Assembly: GCA_050084985.1 (NCBI GenBank)
Contig: JBITNC010000001.1
Coordinates: 72,478,001 to 72,542,000 of the forward strand
Direction of reading: 5' to 3'
Length of the DNA: 64,000 nucleotides
Source of the DNA: Nageia nagi
Lineage: Eukaryota; Plantae; Pinophyta
Position numbers and translations under genes: made by a program. Of this stretch, positions 1 to 11,303 are shown piece after piece. Position 1 is the first letter of the stretch. Each line of letters starts with the position of its first letter. The notes below the pieces were generated by a model. It did not search any database and was not told the origin of the DNA. It worked only from the letters and a program-made list of their open reading frames with translations.

Positions 1-1967
1 GACCATTAAATGAGAGAATGGTCACCTTTTGATGCAATAAGGGTTTCTTTTTCTCTTTTTTAGCCTCAACAACAGATGTATCCACAATATTCAAATATTT
101 ATCAAAAGAAACTGCTGCCAAATAAAACCTTCAGATTTATTACTATAAGCGCAAACCATTCATCTAATTCATCAATTACCTCATCTTCCTTCGATAAAGG
201 TGGTGGAACAAGAAACATAGGCTTGGATGGCCTAGGCAAGGGAGTGTGTGAGTTAGATGATGACACATTCCCAATGTTGTAGCCTCTCCTTTCTCCTTCC
301 CTCCTTGTACCATTTGTGTTTCCCAAAGCTGCCCTCAATTCTTGTTGATTTGTCTCTTGTAAGGACACCATTCTTTGTAGCATGTCAAGTAGAGCATCGA
401 ACTTTTGCTCATTCTCTTTTCTCCTAAATAGTTCCATGATCCGCTTTTAGCAAACATCAACCTTCAAAACCTTATTTGTGCAATTCCTGAAAAATAGGTC
501 AAAAATCATGGGAAATGCTAGATTTCATATAAAAAAATTCAACATTTTTTCTGAAGGTGGTAATGAGAAGTAGAGCTTAATGGGTGCTCAAATCTACCTG
601 ACAAATACCTCCAACTGATTGAATCTTCAAAAATGTCACTTCCTTTTTTGCTTGAAAAACCCTTTTAGAAGCTTAAAACAATATGCAAAGCACTCAAAAA
701 TGCTTCTAAGGGTCAGGTACTTGACTTGGCAGATTGAATCTGATGTTAAGAGTCCAAAATGCACCATAAATGACCCCTCAAAATAGGGTTTCCTGATATG
801 GACGAATTTGAGATTATTTTTTCTACAACCAATCAAATCACAAAAAAACCCTTAATCTGAAATTTCTAAAATCTTACCCAAATTTTTTTTGAAACCATAG
901 ATCTACAATTTGGCGAAAAGGGTATCCAAATCTACAATTTTTTTTTTTTTCACAAAAAAATCCCTAAAAATCCGCGATTTTCACTAAGCCATAAATTTTC
1001 ACCACAGAAAAACACTTTTCAACATGGATCTGAAATACCCACAAAAGTTTTTTGAAAGCACTAATTTGTTTGAAAACCCTAATTCAAAAAAACTACAAAA
1101 CTGAGATACCCACAACTGCCAAAACTCAGAAAAATAGACACTGACCACAGGCTGGCAAGATTCCAGCTTTGATACCACTGGTGATGTTCCTTTTATATAT
1201 ATATATATAAAATAAACTAAAAATATATATATTACACAGGTGAAGTTTCACAACCCTACGTAAACCAGAGATATTTGCCTAGCATATAAAAAATAAAATT
1301 GCTCATAAACTAAAATATATAAATATATATACATATATATATTAAATTTTAGCAAACCAACTAAAAACTGAGAATGGACAAATGCAGTCCCACAAAACTC
1401 AAAATTGATACAAACTTCCACAAGTTGGGAACGAACTGCAAACCCCAACTGAATATGGATACCAAAAAACTCCCACCTCAATAATGACACCCCAAATACA
1501 ATAAGCATAAGGTTTGGGGCTGCCAACAGGTCTGAAACACATGTCACAAACGCTCTAAAAATGCCATGAACCACTCATAGATGCATTTTTTGTATTTTTG
1601 ATATTTTAGGGCATCAACACCCTCAATGATATTGCCAAAACCTCAAACATGCAGCTCCAATGCACTATGGGAATAAGTAAGACCTGCAATCTCAACTCAT
1701 GGAAACTCTAGGGTTTCAATATTCAATTTTGATATCAACATAACATGCCCAAAATGGAACTTTCACTTCCTTTTATATATGAGGTTCTATTTTTGCATTG
1801 ACATTTCCAAAACCCTAAAATCACTTAAAGCCTTATTTCAAGTTTATAACATAAAGAAATAATAATTAAAACTAATGTTATGTCTCCTAATACATTGCTC
1901 CCTTTTTTTATTATTTATTTCCTAAGTGTAGAAGACAAAACTGATATTTCAATCTTGGGACATTATA
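1..1967 (-). mobile_element. 5' part of a Ty3/gypsy LTR retrotransposon (5' LTR, PBS, leader, ORF start); continues off the left edge
   Basis: LTR ~1180-1967 (ggtgatgttcc...gggacattata, decayed TG..CA). PBS gctttgatacca at 1166-1177 is the reverse complement of TGGTATCA(A)AGC. Leader ~440-1165 is homologous to the 9590-10548 leader of the PDS5-carrying element (e.g. cccctcaaaatagggtttcctgata). Confidence 0.85.
102..437 (-). pseudogene. gag-position ORF N-terminus (coiled-coil then G/S/P-rich segment)
   Basis: First ATG (context ggatcATGG) downstream of the PBS and leader; low-complexity gag-like composition; no diagnostic domain visible. Confidence 0.5.
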
Positions 1968-4900
1968 ATCAAAGTCTTTCGCACACCCTTGGAGATCATG
2001 CCAATAGTGCTACCATCCTGTCGGAAGCATCCTTCAATCTTCTTGGACGTAGTCTGCATCTGGTGTCTCCAAATGACCATCTACCTTTTGTGAATAATGG
2101 GATGCCCTACCTTCAACAAGTTGAGATCAACTTCAAGATGCTTCTGGGCCTTTGCCAATACCGCTTCCTTCTTCCTAACATTGTTATTTTCCCCTTGGAA
2201 CTTGAATTGATAAAGATATTCACTCATTTGTTCCTCAACCTCCTTTCGCAAGGGGATTTTGACTTTCAGGATAGCGTTGCACTTCTTAAGTGCATGGTTC
2301 AACCAATCATGATGATAGGTGAATTCATGATAGTAGACCAACTTTTCTGGGTTATAGCGAAAATATGCTGCAGATGTGAAATGTTTGGAAGGTAACTATC
2401 CAACGTATTGAGGTGTGCTGAAATCGCGTTTTAGATCCCTGATCTCAACACCCTCGGCAAGGAGTTTGTAAAACTGTGAAGACAATCTTTTGACAGCCTC
2501 CATCACTTCATTCGTAAGCTACTCCTTCATCAATTCCCACCCCTCATGGAAGGAAGTCTGCTTCTGTAAGTGTAAAGGAGTGTTACTAATTTTTTGGAAC
2601 TCTTTTATCATCTTCCTGCTTGCCATGAGTTCTTTCTTCAACTTCTTCACTTCCCTTTTGGCTTCATAGCCTTCCTGCTCCATGATTGCAGCATTTTGGG
2701 TGACAATATGTTTTCTGGCTGTTAACCCTAGCTTAACTGGCATCTTGAATGTCTCAATGATATAGTCCTCTGCTCTCTAGGGGTGATTCTCCTTGGAGTA
2801 GCAATGGTTGATGGAGATCTCCTTTTGAGAGGTGGAAACAAAAGTGTCCACCCTTCGAATCTTCTCCCCATCTAAAAGTTCTTCCTCATCATCACAACGC
2901 AGGTCCTAGTCTATATTTTCATCATGAGTTGTACTCATGTAAAGGGCTCTAAGGCAGGCATCCAGGTCAAGATCTAAATGTTTGGTTGTTGGCCGAGGGG
3001 GAAACCTTTGAACCAACAATCTTCCTTTGTCAATTTTCTTGACCTCTTTCGCTAGAGTGGTTTGTACTACAACCATTTTCCTTGCCTTGATGTTCCTCCT
3101 ACTGTCTCTTCTTCTTCTGTTCCTCAATCTCTCCTTCGTCTTCTTTATCTCCTCCATTACCGCCTATAGATAAGCCGTTGTTTCGAAGCTGGGGAGATCT
3201 CTCATGACTCCTCTTGGTAGAGGACTTATGCGAGGAAGGGGACTTCTTCCTATGTTTGGCAGGAGAGGGCTTGGATGCAGCCACCTCTCTAGCGCATTTC
3301 TTTCCAATTATTTAGATGTCATCATCATAGGTACCAACATCCACTATTTCATCATCCGGGATGGTTTCAATCTCGATTTCATCATGTGCTGAAGCACTCA
3401 TCGCTATGTCATCTTGCTTAGGCATATTGGTAGCATTGCTAGCATCATCTTCTTCTTCTTCATCCTCGCTATGGCTCTTCGATTCTTCTACAGAATCCTC
3501 CACCGGACGATCAGAATCTTCGATCTCTTCATCGGAAGAAGAAGAGGAATGCTCAGAACTAGAGCTAGAACTTGGTTGCAAAAGGGGGAACTTTCTCCCT
3601 TGGACTAGGAAAATGGATGGATGTGGAAGGAATCACCTTAGTGGATGAAATACTGCCACATGCTATATTCACCACATCATCCAGCACATCCGAGGGAAGA
3701 GTATGATATCCAACATCTCTAAGATCAGTTTCTATTACACTGCATTTGCTTGGACCCGGGATGAGCTCCGTTGGGGCCTCGTCTTTTTCCTATAGGAAGG
3801 AAGGGTGTCTTCTTTGGTGAGGACGTGGTGTGAGCAGGAGACTTAATCCTCAAGCGGGCCTCTTTAGGTCGGGGCTTGGTAGTTCGAGTTTTTTGAGGAG
3901 GTTTTTTTCCCTAAAGGGGAGCCTTCTTCTTGCTCAAGAGAGCCTTTATGCGTGCAATTTCTCCTTTGCCATGTATATTTCTATACCTGTCCTTATCTCC
4001 CAAAGGCTTGTGAGGAAATGCGATGGACCTATGAAAAATTGTACCATAAAAACACGCAATTATCCCCTTATGATCATAATTCTTAGCAGCAGCCTCTCTG
4101 AAGAAGTTGTATTGCTGTAACTCCTCTCGCATATGCATTGCCTCCACCCATGTCTGGTACACATATCCGGATATAGTAATAGGGAAATTTATTGTGGCAT
4201 TCTTCTTCTTCTAGACCCTCTCCTTCAAGAACAAGAGCTTCCTGGCATACTCCATGAGAATCAATCTATCACTGGCGAATCTGGGCAAGAGTAGGGGTTG
4301 TTCTTCTGAACCATAGTCTCATATATATGTAAAATCGATGTCTTGCAAAAAGAAGTCTGCATGTACACTGATGGCTTGAGTAGCTACATCAGAAATCCTC
4401 TTCACTACGGATTCTCCTTTGATATCCTTGTAGATATCATATTCCCAGAAATCGATCATCTCATAGACATATTGGAACTTGTTCTGGCACCACCATTTCT
4501 GGTATGCCCTCCACACAGGGGTGTATTTCTGCCCTAAGTATCTTTCATCAGCCAACTTCTAGGATCTGACTTTGCCATGTAGCAACAGGTACACGAAATT
4601 AGATTTCATATAGAATCTCTTTGAGGAGCCGTAAAAGGACAACTGATAGCGAAGGGCATCACTGATTACACCAACCCACTGGATAGGTCTCCCCGAACTG
4701 ATAATAGCAATAAAACTTGTGAAATCTCTCCGGTACTTAACATCATTTTCCTAACCCATCACTCTAGACAAGAGAGTGATCAATTTTGCCACAACTGACA
4801 GGAATTCATCTCTCCGTGCATTGATCAGCCTCTACCCTTGAAGGTTTTGAAACTTTTCAAGTAACCAAGGTCGAATATAGTCTCCAAGTCGGGTCGTGGA

Positions 4901-5254
4901 ATCATGAAATTCTTCAGAATGGGTCAATGTATAATCGTCCCCATACCTCTTCTAGCCAAAGGCTGCTTCAATTTAGGTAGGGGAAAAGTCCATGATCATG
5001 TTGCCTTTTGTATCCTATAGAACCCTTTTGCCATAATCACATTTCCTGGCCACTTCACTGCACAAGTTTGGGAAAGGTACTGCAATGGGCATCATGACGG
5101 CATTGAACAATTCGCATGTGTGGATTAGCTCCTCGGATAAGTCCAGGTTTCCCCAATCTGTATCACCAACGAAAATGTGTTGCCCCTTGAATCTGGCTTC
5201 AAGGAGCTCTATTTTTTCCTTTTGTTGGAAGTCTATCAGGCTTTCCTTCAAAAG
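1968..5254 (-). pseudogene. Long accessory ORF of a Tat/Ogre-like gypsy element, disrupted by stops; 5' part lies at 11304-11397 beyond the inserted element
   Basis: Chain of minus-strand ORF pieces (5015-5254, 4319-4555, 3911-4162, 3312-3581, 3099-3284, 2906-3157, 2519-2743, 2081-2341): globular aromatic N-half (…DFTYI…YGSEEQPLLLPRFASDRLIL…), S/E/D-rich acidic tract, basic tract, coiled-coil C-terminus. The reading frame joins across the AAAAG TSD (…QMTR|LLKES…). Confidence 0.6.
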
Positions 5255-5992
5255 TGTAATGTTCCTTTTATTTTTATTGCTCAAGTGAATGCTCAAAACA
5301 CAGAAATAAACTTGCAGCCAAGAACAATGTCAAAACTCAGAAAAATATGCAAAATAATGGAGAGAATCAGCCAAGGAATTTTATTAAAAAAAAAAATGAT
5401 GTCAAACCAATACAATATCTGAAGTGCCACAAATGTAGATCCAAGCTCACAAAAATGCCACAAATTGGCCAGATCTGAAAATGATGCAACAGAATGAGGC
5501 TAGGCTCCCATGCAAGGCCTCCAACCCTCAAGATCTCTCCAAGAAATCGCTACCTCCAACTCTAGATGTGCAAGCATCCCCAAGATTGAGGCCCACAACT
5601 CCTGAAGTCTCCCAAGCAATAGCTACCTTTAGCTCTAGGTGTACAAACACCCCCAAGACTAAGGCCCACAACCCTTGAGATCCAAATATGCATGAACACG
5701 TGCACACTTGGGTTGAGAAAGGAATCTCCTTCACTCAAAAATAATAAAATAGATGATCCACAAGCTTCCTCAAATGGGATGCCCACTTCCCTTTTATAAG
5801 TTCATATTCTAATTTGGAGTTGACATCTCCCAACCCTAAAATCACTTAAAGTGCCCTATTACAAAATAAAAATATAAAACATAAATAAACACAACTTAAG
5901 TTATGTCTCTTAATCACATGAACTCCTTTTTCACTTTTATAATTAAGTGTAGGAGACATTTACAAAAAAATATTTATTTTTGGTACATTACA
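5255..5992 (-). repeat. 3' LTR (738 bp)
   Basis: TG…CA termini; direct repeat of 10563-11298; abuts PPT agtccaccctcctc (reverse complement GAGGAGGGTGGACT). Confidence 0.97.
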
Positions 5993-6004
5993 AGTCCACC
6001 CTCC

Positions 6005-7431
6005 TCAAATTTGCTTGTCCTCAAGCAATTGCAATGTTGGATGGTTCACAATTTCATTAATACTGTACCCAAACTGTCTCAAACACTTATGTGTGTCAAA
6101 ACCCCATATTGTTTCTTTGTTACCAAGCCCATTTTGAATTCATAACAAGGCTGATTTTCTGATAACAGCATTAAAATCATGGTGTTTGTACTCCCAAAAC
6201 GTAGCCAAACTGAGTGATTCTCCATCCCTCATAGTTGTACTATGCATGAGCATCAACCAACCAACAATAATACTGATTGGGGTTTTGAGAAAGAGGCTGC
6301 AATGTAAGAGTAACAGGTCTAATTTTCTCTTTCCAATAGCCATAAATGACTCACAATCATCTACACTCATGCTTTCATTGTTTCTCATCAATGTGCCATG
6401 CATAAATGAAGTGTAGCTATAAATCATACCAAGAAAATAGAGACTGAAAATTGTATGTACAGCAGTATTATCATAGCCATATATCCATTTTACTTCCTCC
6501 CATATGACTTCTAAACCAAGCCGAACATTAAGAACTTCATTAGGAATGTTTTTCTTTACAACACTCAATAGACATGCCGTTTCCAATGGCCCCTCATGCT
6601 GTTGTAGTAACCTTGAATTGAATGTGCATACCATGGATGAATATCTTCATAATTTCATGTTCACTCTCAAGACAAATATGACTATGTGCTCCCACAACCG
6701 AGAATACACCTTCAAAACCAGCCAATGCAAAAAGTGTATAACTCAAATTCATGGCAAAATGAAAGTAAGTTACCTTCCCAAATGTGTGGAGGTTGGCATC
6801 ACCACAAGACACCAATTTCTGAAACTTACCAAGTTTCCTATCAACAAGTTCATCCAAATCATGCCTAAAAAGAAATAGTGCGCTGCTGTCATAAAAATCA
6901 GAATTCAACTTGTACCTGTTTAGAATGTTTCTGTGGATTCTCAAGTTCAAATTTATCTTCTTTTTCCTTCTATAACTGATTGAGGCACCTTTACATATGA
7001 AATTTTCTGATCTTACTTTTCCTAAGTTGATAAAATGAACACATGCAATTTTTCAACTCATGCGTAGCAGTCTCAAATCTTATTGCATCAAATATCATGC
7101 AATGTACAGCCATATTCATGTGAATTGCAGCCAAGCCATTTGTCATCAGAATAGTCCAAAACATCTTGCAAAGTGGAGTACAAAACATGAAGGAAGATGT
7201 ACTAATGTTTTGACAACAAGTATATATAAAACTTGCCTTTGTGCATGCCCAAAGAAACACAAATCAAATCAGTTTCCTGTGTAACTTTTGCAATCTCAAA
7301 ACTGTATGCCATCTTATGCATGTCAATAATCAAATACCAACTTGAAATCCTCCAATGTAGTGTGCTCCAAATCAAACCTGAATTGAAGATGTACAAGGGC
7401 TCCAAAGTGTGCTCAAGAGTTTTCACAAGTG
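6005..7431 (-). pseudogene. Distal part of the chimeric polyprotein (unassigned mosaic) ending in a chromovirus pol C-terminal tail
   Basis: Overlapping frameshifted ORF pieces (7202-7447, 6991-7260, 6594-6950, 6140-6634). The 6634 frame continues past TGA 6140-6142 to …EIVNHPTLQLLEDKQI* (stop 6005-6007), matching the pol tail at 13855-13905 (EILAH…LLEDKQF). Confidence 0.6.
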
Positions 7432-8772
7432 CTATGAACAAATGCAATCAAGGCTGCCTAAGTGCTTCTTCAAGACCCATGAAGTGCTCAAAGTGTCTTC
7501 CAACTCCAACAATCTAAAAATGAAATGATTAGTTTCCCATCTATAACTGTTACACATTCTCAAAATTAAATCAAAAATCATCAAGACAAAATTATGAACC
7601 AATGTATGCCAAGGTTCAACAAGAAGTGCAACCCATTCATCCCATTTGTCTTTCAAACCATGTTCCAAGTATGTGCAAGTGTCCCAATAAAGTGTGGAAT
7701 CAGTCCCCTTTTTGCTATTCCAAAACTTCATCAACAAGGCAACTATAATCCCTTGAATTCTTTCAATTATGATACTTTTTTGCTGGCTATCCCAACTGTC
7801 TAAATAGCTGAGAATGTCATGTCGAATTGTGAGGTGACAAGTGTACCAATTGTCCACATTTCCTATTGTAATTTTTCTGATTTCTTTATCAGATTCATAG
7901 GTTGCCATCAAGTGAGAATTTTGTGCAATTCTTTCCACATATAAGGCTCCAAAAAACAACTCCAAATACGAAAACAGAATCAACAATGTGTATACCAATG
8001 AAAGCCATAAAAAGAGATGGAAAGATACCACATATGACCATGAAAAAGTATCTCTCTCTTTAATGTTCCATGTCGGGTGTGTTCTACACATTCTATCATG
8101 CATCCACATGAGAAAAATCAGCATTTTATTTGAAGGAACCATGGCTGTAGTAAATTTACCTTCACATGAAATATCAAAGAGTTGTCCTCCTCCCATGTAC
8201 TTGTATGAAACTTCCAAAATTTTGCATGCAACTTTGGATGTGTTTTCCTTGATTCCTTGTAGCACTATACTCTTGCCATCTAGTACAAATTTTAATTCCA
8301 ATTTTTGATAATTGGTAGAATAATCACTAAGAGACCAAAGCCATTGGACTCCCAAAACCATATGAGGCACACCACCCAATGGAAAAACAAAGAATTGCTC
8401 ATCACTCTCATAGTTTCCAAAGCTGATTTTTATATCCTTTACTACTTTATTGCGAGGAATGAGATCACCAAAGGACTCAATTTGGAAATCTCTTTTAACT
8501 CCATTCAAACTGTCACTAACTGAAAATTCTCCAATGCAATTATTATGTTCTTCATTGATTTCATTCCCAACAAGTGTACAAAATGAAGTATTTTGGGACT
8601 TTTTGAAACATACCTCATGTGAAAGAGTGACATCTCTATTACCAATCTCTTGAATGTAATCAGCCATGCAAGATGAACCATGCTCCAATGTTGAAATGTC
8701 TTCATTATGTTCTCCTTCAAAATTTTCTATTTGGCCTTCTTCTTTTTCAGTGGTGGAAACAACTTCAGAATT
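7432..8772 (-). pseudogene. In-frame continuation of the PDS5 ORF: acidic linker, C-terminal half of a gypsy aspartic protease, unassigned region with a hydrophobic stretch
   Basis: Same frame as 9585 (9585-8688=897). KDIKISFGNYESDEQFFVFPLGGVPHMVLGVQWLWSL…NYQKLELKF is the RVP_2-type 'VLGxxWL' half of the protease; the catalytic D(S/T)G motif is absent. Confidence 0.75.
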
Positions 8773-9585
8773 TTATGCACAAATTACCTCAAGCTCTTCT
8801 TTTTGATGGACAATTTCAATTTTTTCCATATTTTCCAAAGCTGATTCATCAACATAGTCCTTATCATTAAGGGAAAAATCTGTAGAATCATCCTTAGACC
8901 CTTCATTTCCAAAGAAGCATTTCAACTTCTTTTCACACTGTTTTACAACACTATCAACCAAATAATGGGCAGCTGCAGTAGTAATCAAATTTCTCCTCCA
9001 AACATCCAATAACATGGACAAGAGTGGTTGGTAAATATAATCACCTTCATTTATAATCAAGACCATAATATCTCTCATGGCTGAAATGACATTATTAGCA
9101 TGCTTTTGTCTTGCTGATGCAATGAAGTGATGAAACATTTGGTAGATTAATTCATCCATTCCCAAATCTAACAAAAGATTTCCCATTCTAGTTTTTGCAA
9201 ATATTTCAAGTAGAGAAACCCTTCTAGCAAAATGAGAAATTGAAACATTTCCTAAACCCTCAAAACTATCAACCAACAGCTGAAATATTGCTCTCAATGT
9301 GTTGTCATCATAAGGAGTTCTAGGTGCATAAATTTGCAATATTTTACACAAAAATGAAGCAACCATAATTCTTACCTCCTTATCCTTGTGGTTCAACCAT
9401 TTCGCCTTGCCTAATGATTTTACCACTGGAATTAAATCTGCATGTGGCTCATCCATCATATGCAGACAATCCCTTACTTCTTCTAAGATGCAAATAAAAG
9501 CATCTTTTGGTTGAAAGAGAATTCTCAGTTTTTCACTGGCATAATTGAGCCTTTTAATCACCTCTTTTTTGCCAACTAGTGCCAT
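8773..9585 (-). CDS. PDS5-like: Retrotransposon-captured PDS5 (sister chromatid cohesion protein) N-terminal HEAT/ARM domain, intronless, 270 aa
   Basis: WLNHKDKEVRIMVAS…IYAPRTPYDDNTLRAIFQLLVDSFEGL…FARRVSLLEIFAKTR…LLDLGMDELIYQMF…VISAMRDIMVLIINE…AAHYLVDSVVKQCEKKL is collinear with the plant PDS5 N-terminus as recalled (LNHQDKDVKLLVAS…TAPEAPYSD…IFQLIVSAFAGL…FGRRVLILETVAKYR…MLDLECDDL…SSMQNIM…AARRLAMKVIEHC). Confidence 0.9.
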   Translation of the reverse strand: MALVGKKEVIKRLNYASEKLRILFQPKDAFICILEEVRDCLHMMDEPHADLIPVVKSLGKAKWLNHKDKEVRIMVASFLCKILQIYAPRTPYDDNTLRAIFQLLVDSFEGLGNVSISHFARRVSLLEIFAKTRMGNLLLDLGMDELIYQMFHHFIASARQKHANNVISAMRDIMVLIINEGDYIYQPLLSMLLDVWRRNLITTAAAHYLVDSVVKQCEKKLKCFFGNEGSKDDSTDFSLNDKDYVDESALENMEKIEIVHQKEELEVICA

Positions 9586-10548
9586 GATCCACCATTAACC
9601 AATTCAACCCCCAAAAACCTTTGCTTCAACCAGATCCCAAACCACAAAACCTAGATAGTCCAAAACTGAAAAACTCTACAATAATTTTGCAAACCCTATT
9701 TCTGCAATTTAATTTCTGAAAATTGGTAAAAAATCATAGGAAATGCTAGATCTCATACCAAACATTTTTGTAGAATTTTTTTGAGGGTAGCAATGCAAAG
9801 TAAGGCTTAATGGGTATTCAAATCCACCCCACAAATGCTTTCACATGCTAGAATATTTAAAAACGTCACTTTTCTTTTTTTCCTCAAAAGGACCCTTCTA
9901 GAAGCTTAAAATTGCATACAAAGTGCTCAAAAATACCCCTTAGGGTTAGATGTTTGGCTTAGTATGCTGGATCTGATGCTGGAACTCCAAAATTAGCCTC
10001 AAATGGCCCCTCAAAATAGGGTTTCCTGATACCCACGAAATTAGGGTTTCTTTTTGCAACCAAACAAATTACCAAGAATCTGCAATACCCAAAATGATTT
10101 TCACTATGAAATTGGCAACCCTAATTTTGAAAAACTTTGAAACTGAGATACCCACAACTGAAAAACACTGAAAAAATGCTAGATCTGAAAATATCCACAA
10201 AAAATTTTTTTTACTCAAAACTCCAATTCTGCCTAGAATCCTTGAGCAAAATTTTTCTGACTAGCTAGAATAATAGATCAAGACTTTCTATTTTTGAAAA
10301 TAGCTTTCAATCCTGCAATTCTTATCTCTCAACCCTAGACGACTTAGTCTAGGAATGCAAATTTTCTTTAAAAAATGCCTTTTAACCTTGAAAATTGCTT
10401 TTAAAATGCAAACCTCCTTGATCTATTAGATCCCCCAAAAATATTCAACACCCAAATGCTAGAAATTGAAGATCTGAATTTTTTGCAGAAACATTAACTC
10501 CAAATCTTTGAAAAATGTTCGATCTAACCACAGGTTGGCAAGATCCAA

Positions 10549-10560
10549 GCTCTGATACTA
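10549..10560 (-). other. Primer binding site (initiator tRNA-Met)
   Basis: gctctgatacta is the reverse complement of TAGTATCAGAGC (one mismatch to TGGTATCAGAGC), 2 bp from the LTR. Confidence 0.9.
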
Positions 10561-10562
10561 CT

Positions 10563-11298
10563 TGTAATGTTCCTTTTATTTTATTGCTCAAGTGAATGCT
10601 CAAAACATAGAAATAAACTTGTAGCCAAGGAACAATGTCAAAACTCAGAAAAATATGCAAAATAATGGAGAGAATCAGCCAAGGAATTTTATTAAAAAAA
10701 AATGATGTCAAACCAATACAATAGCTGAAGTGCCACAAATGCAGATCCAAGCTCACAAAAATGCCACAAATTGGCCAGATTTGAAAATGATGCAACAGAA
10801 TGAGGCTAGGCTCCCATGCAAGGTCTCCAACCGTCAAGATCTCTCCAAGAAATCGCTACCTCCAACTCTAGATGTGCAAGCATCCCCAAGATTGAGGCCC
10901 ACAACTCCTGAAGTCTCCCAAGCAATAGCTACCTTTAGCTCTAGGTGTACAAACACCCCCAAGACTAAGGCCCACAACCCTTGAGATCCAAATATGCATG
11001 AACACGTGCACACTTAGGTTGAGAAAGAACTCTCCTTCACTCAAAAATAATAAAATAGATGATCCACAAGCTTCCTCAAATGGGATGCCCACTTCCCTTT
11101 TATAAGCTCATATTCTAATTTGGAGTTGACATCTCCCAACCCTAAAATCACTTAAAGTGCCCTATTACAAAATAAAAATATAAAACATAAATAAACACAA
11201 CTTAAGTTATGTCTCCTAGTCACATGAACTCCTTTTTCACTTTTATAATTAAGTGTAGGAGACATTTACAAAAAAATATTTATTTTTGGTACATTACA
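10563..11298 (-). repeat. 5' LTR (736 bp) with minus-strand TATA (cccttttataag, 11095-11106)
   Basis: Direct repeat of 5255-5992; followed by the AAAAG TSD. Confidence 0.97.
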
Positions 11299-11303
11299 AA
11301 AAG

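Larger units (their letters stand above)
5255..11298 (-). mobile_element. Complete non-autonomous Ty3/gypsy LTR retrotransposon carrying a captured PDS5 domain
   Basis: LTRs 5255-5992 and 10563-11298 (TGTAAT…TTACA; ~97-98% identical by eye). TSD AAAAG at 5250-5254 and 11299-11303. PBS 10549-10560, PPT 5993-6006. No RT or RNase H motifs and no intact integrase inside. Confidence 0.97.

Noticed and set aside
8773-9585. Native host PDS5 gene
   Set aside because: Intronless, truncated, fused to a protease remnant and enclosed by LTRs, PBS, PPT and TSD.
10445-11092. Short ORFs repeated at 5481-5786, 10445-11092 and 27091-27487
   Set aside because: They recur only because they fall in LTR copies; frames differ between copies and no domain is evident.
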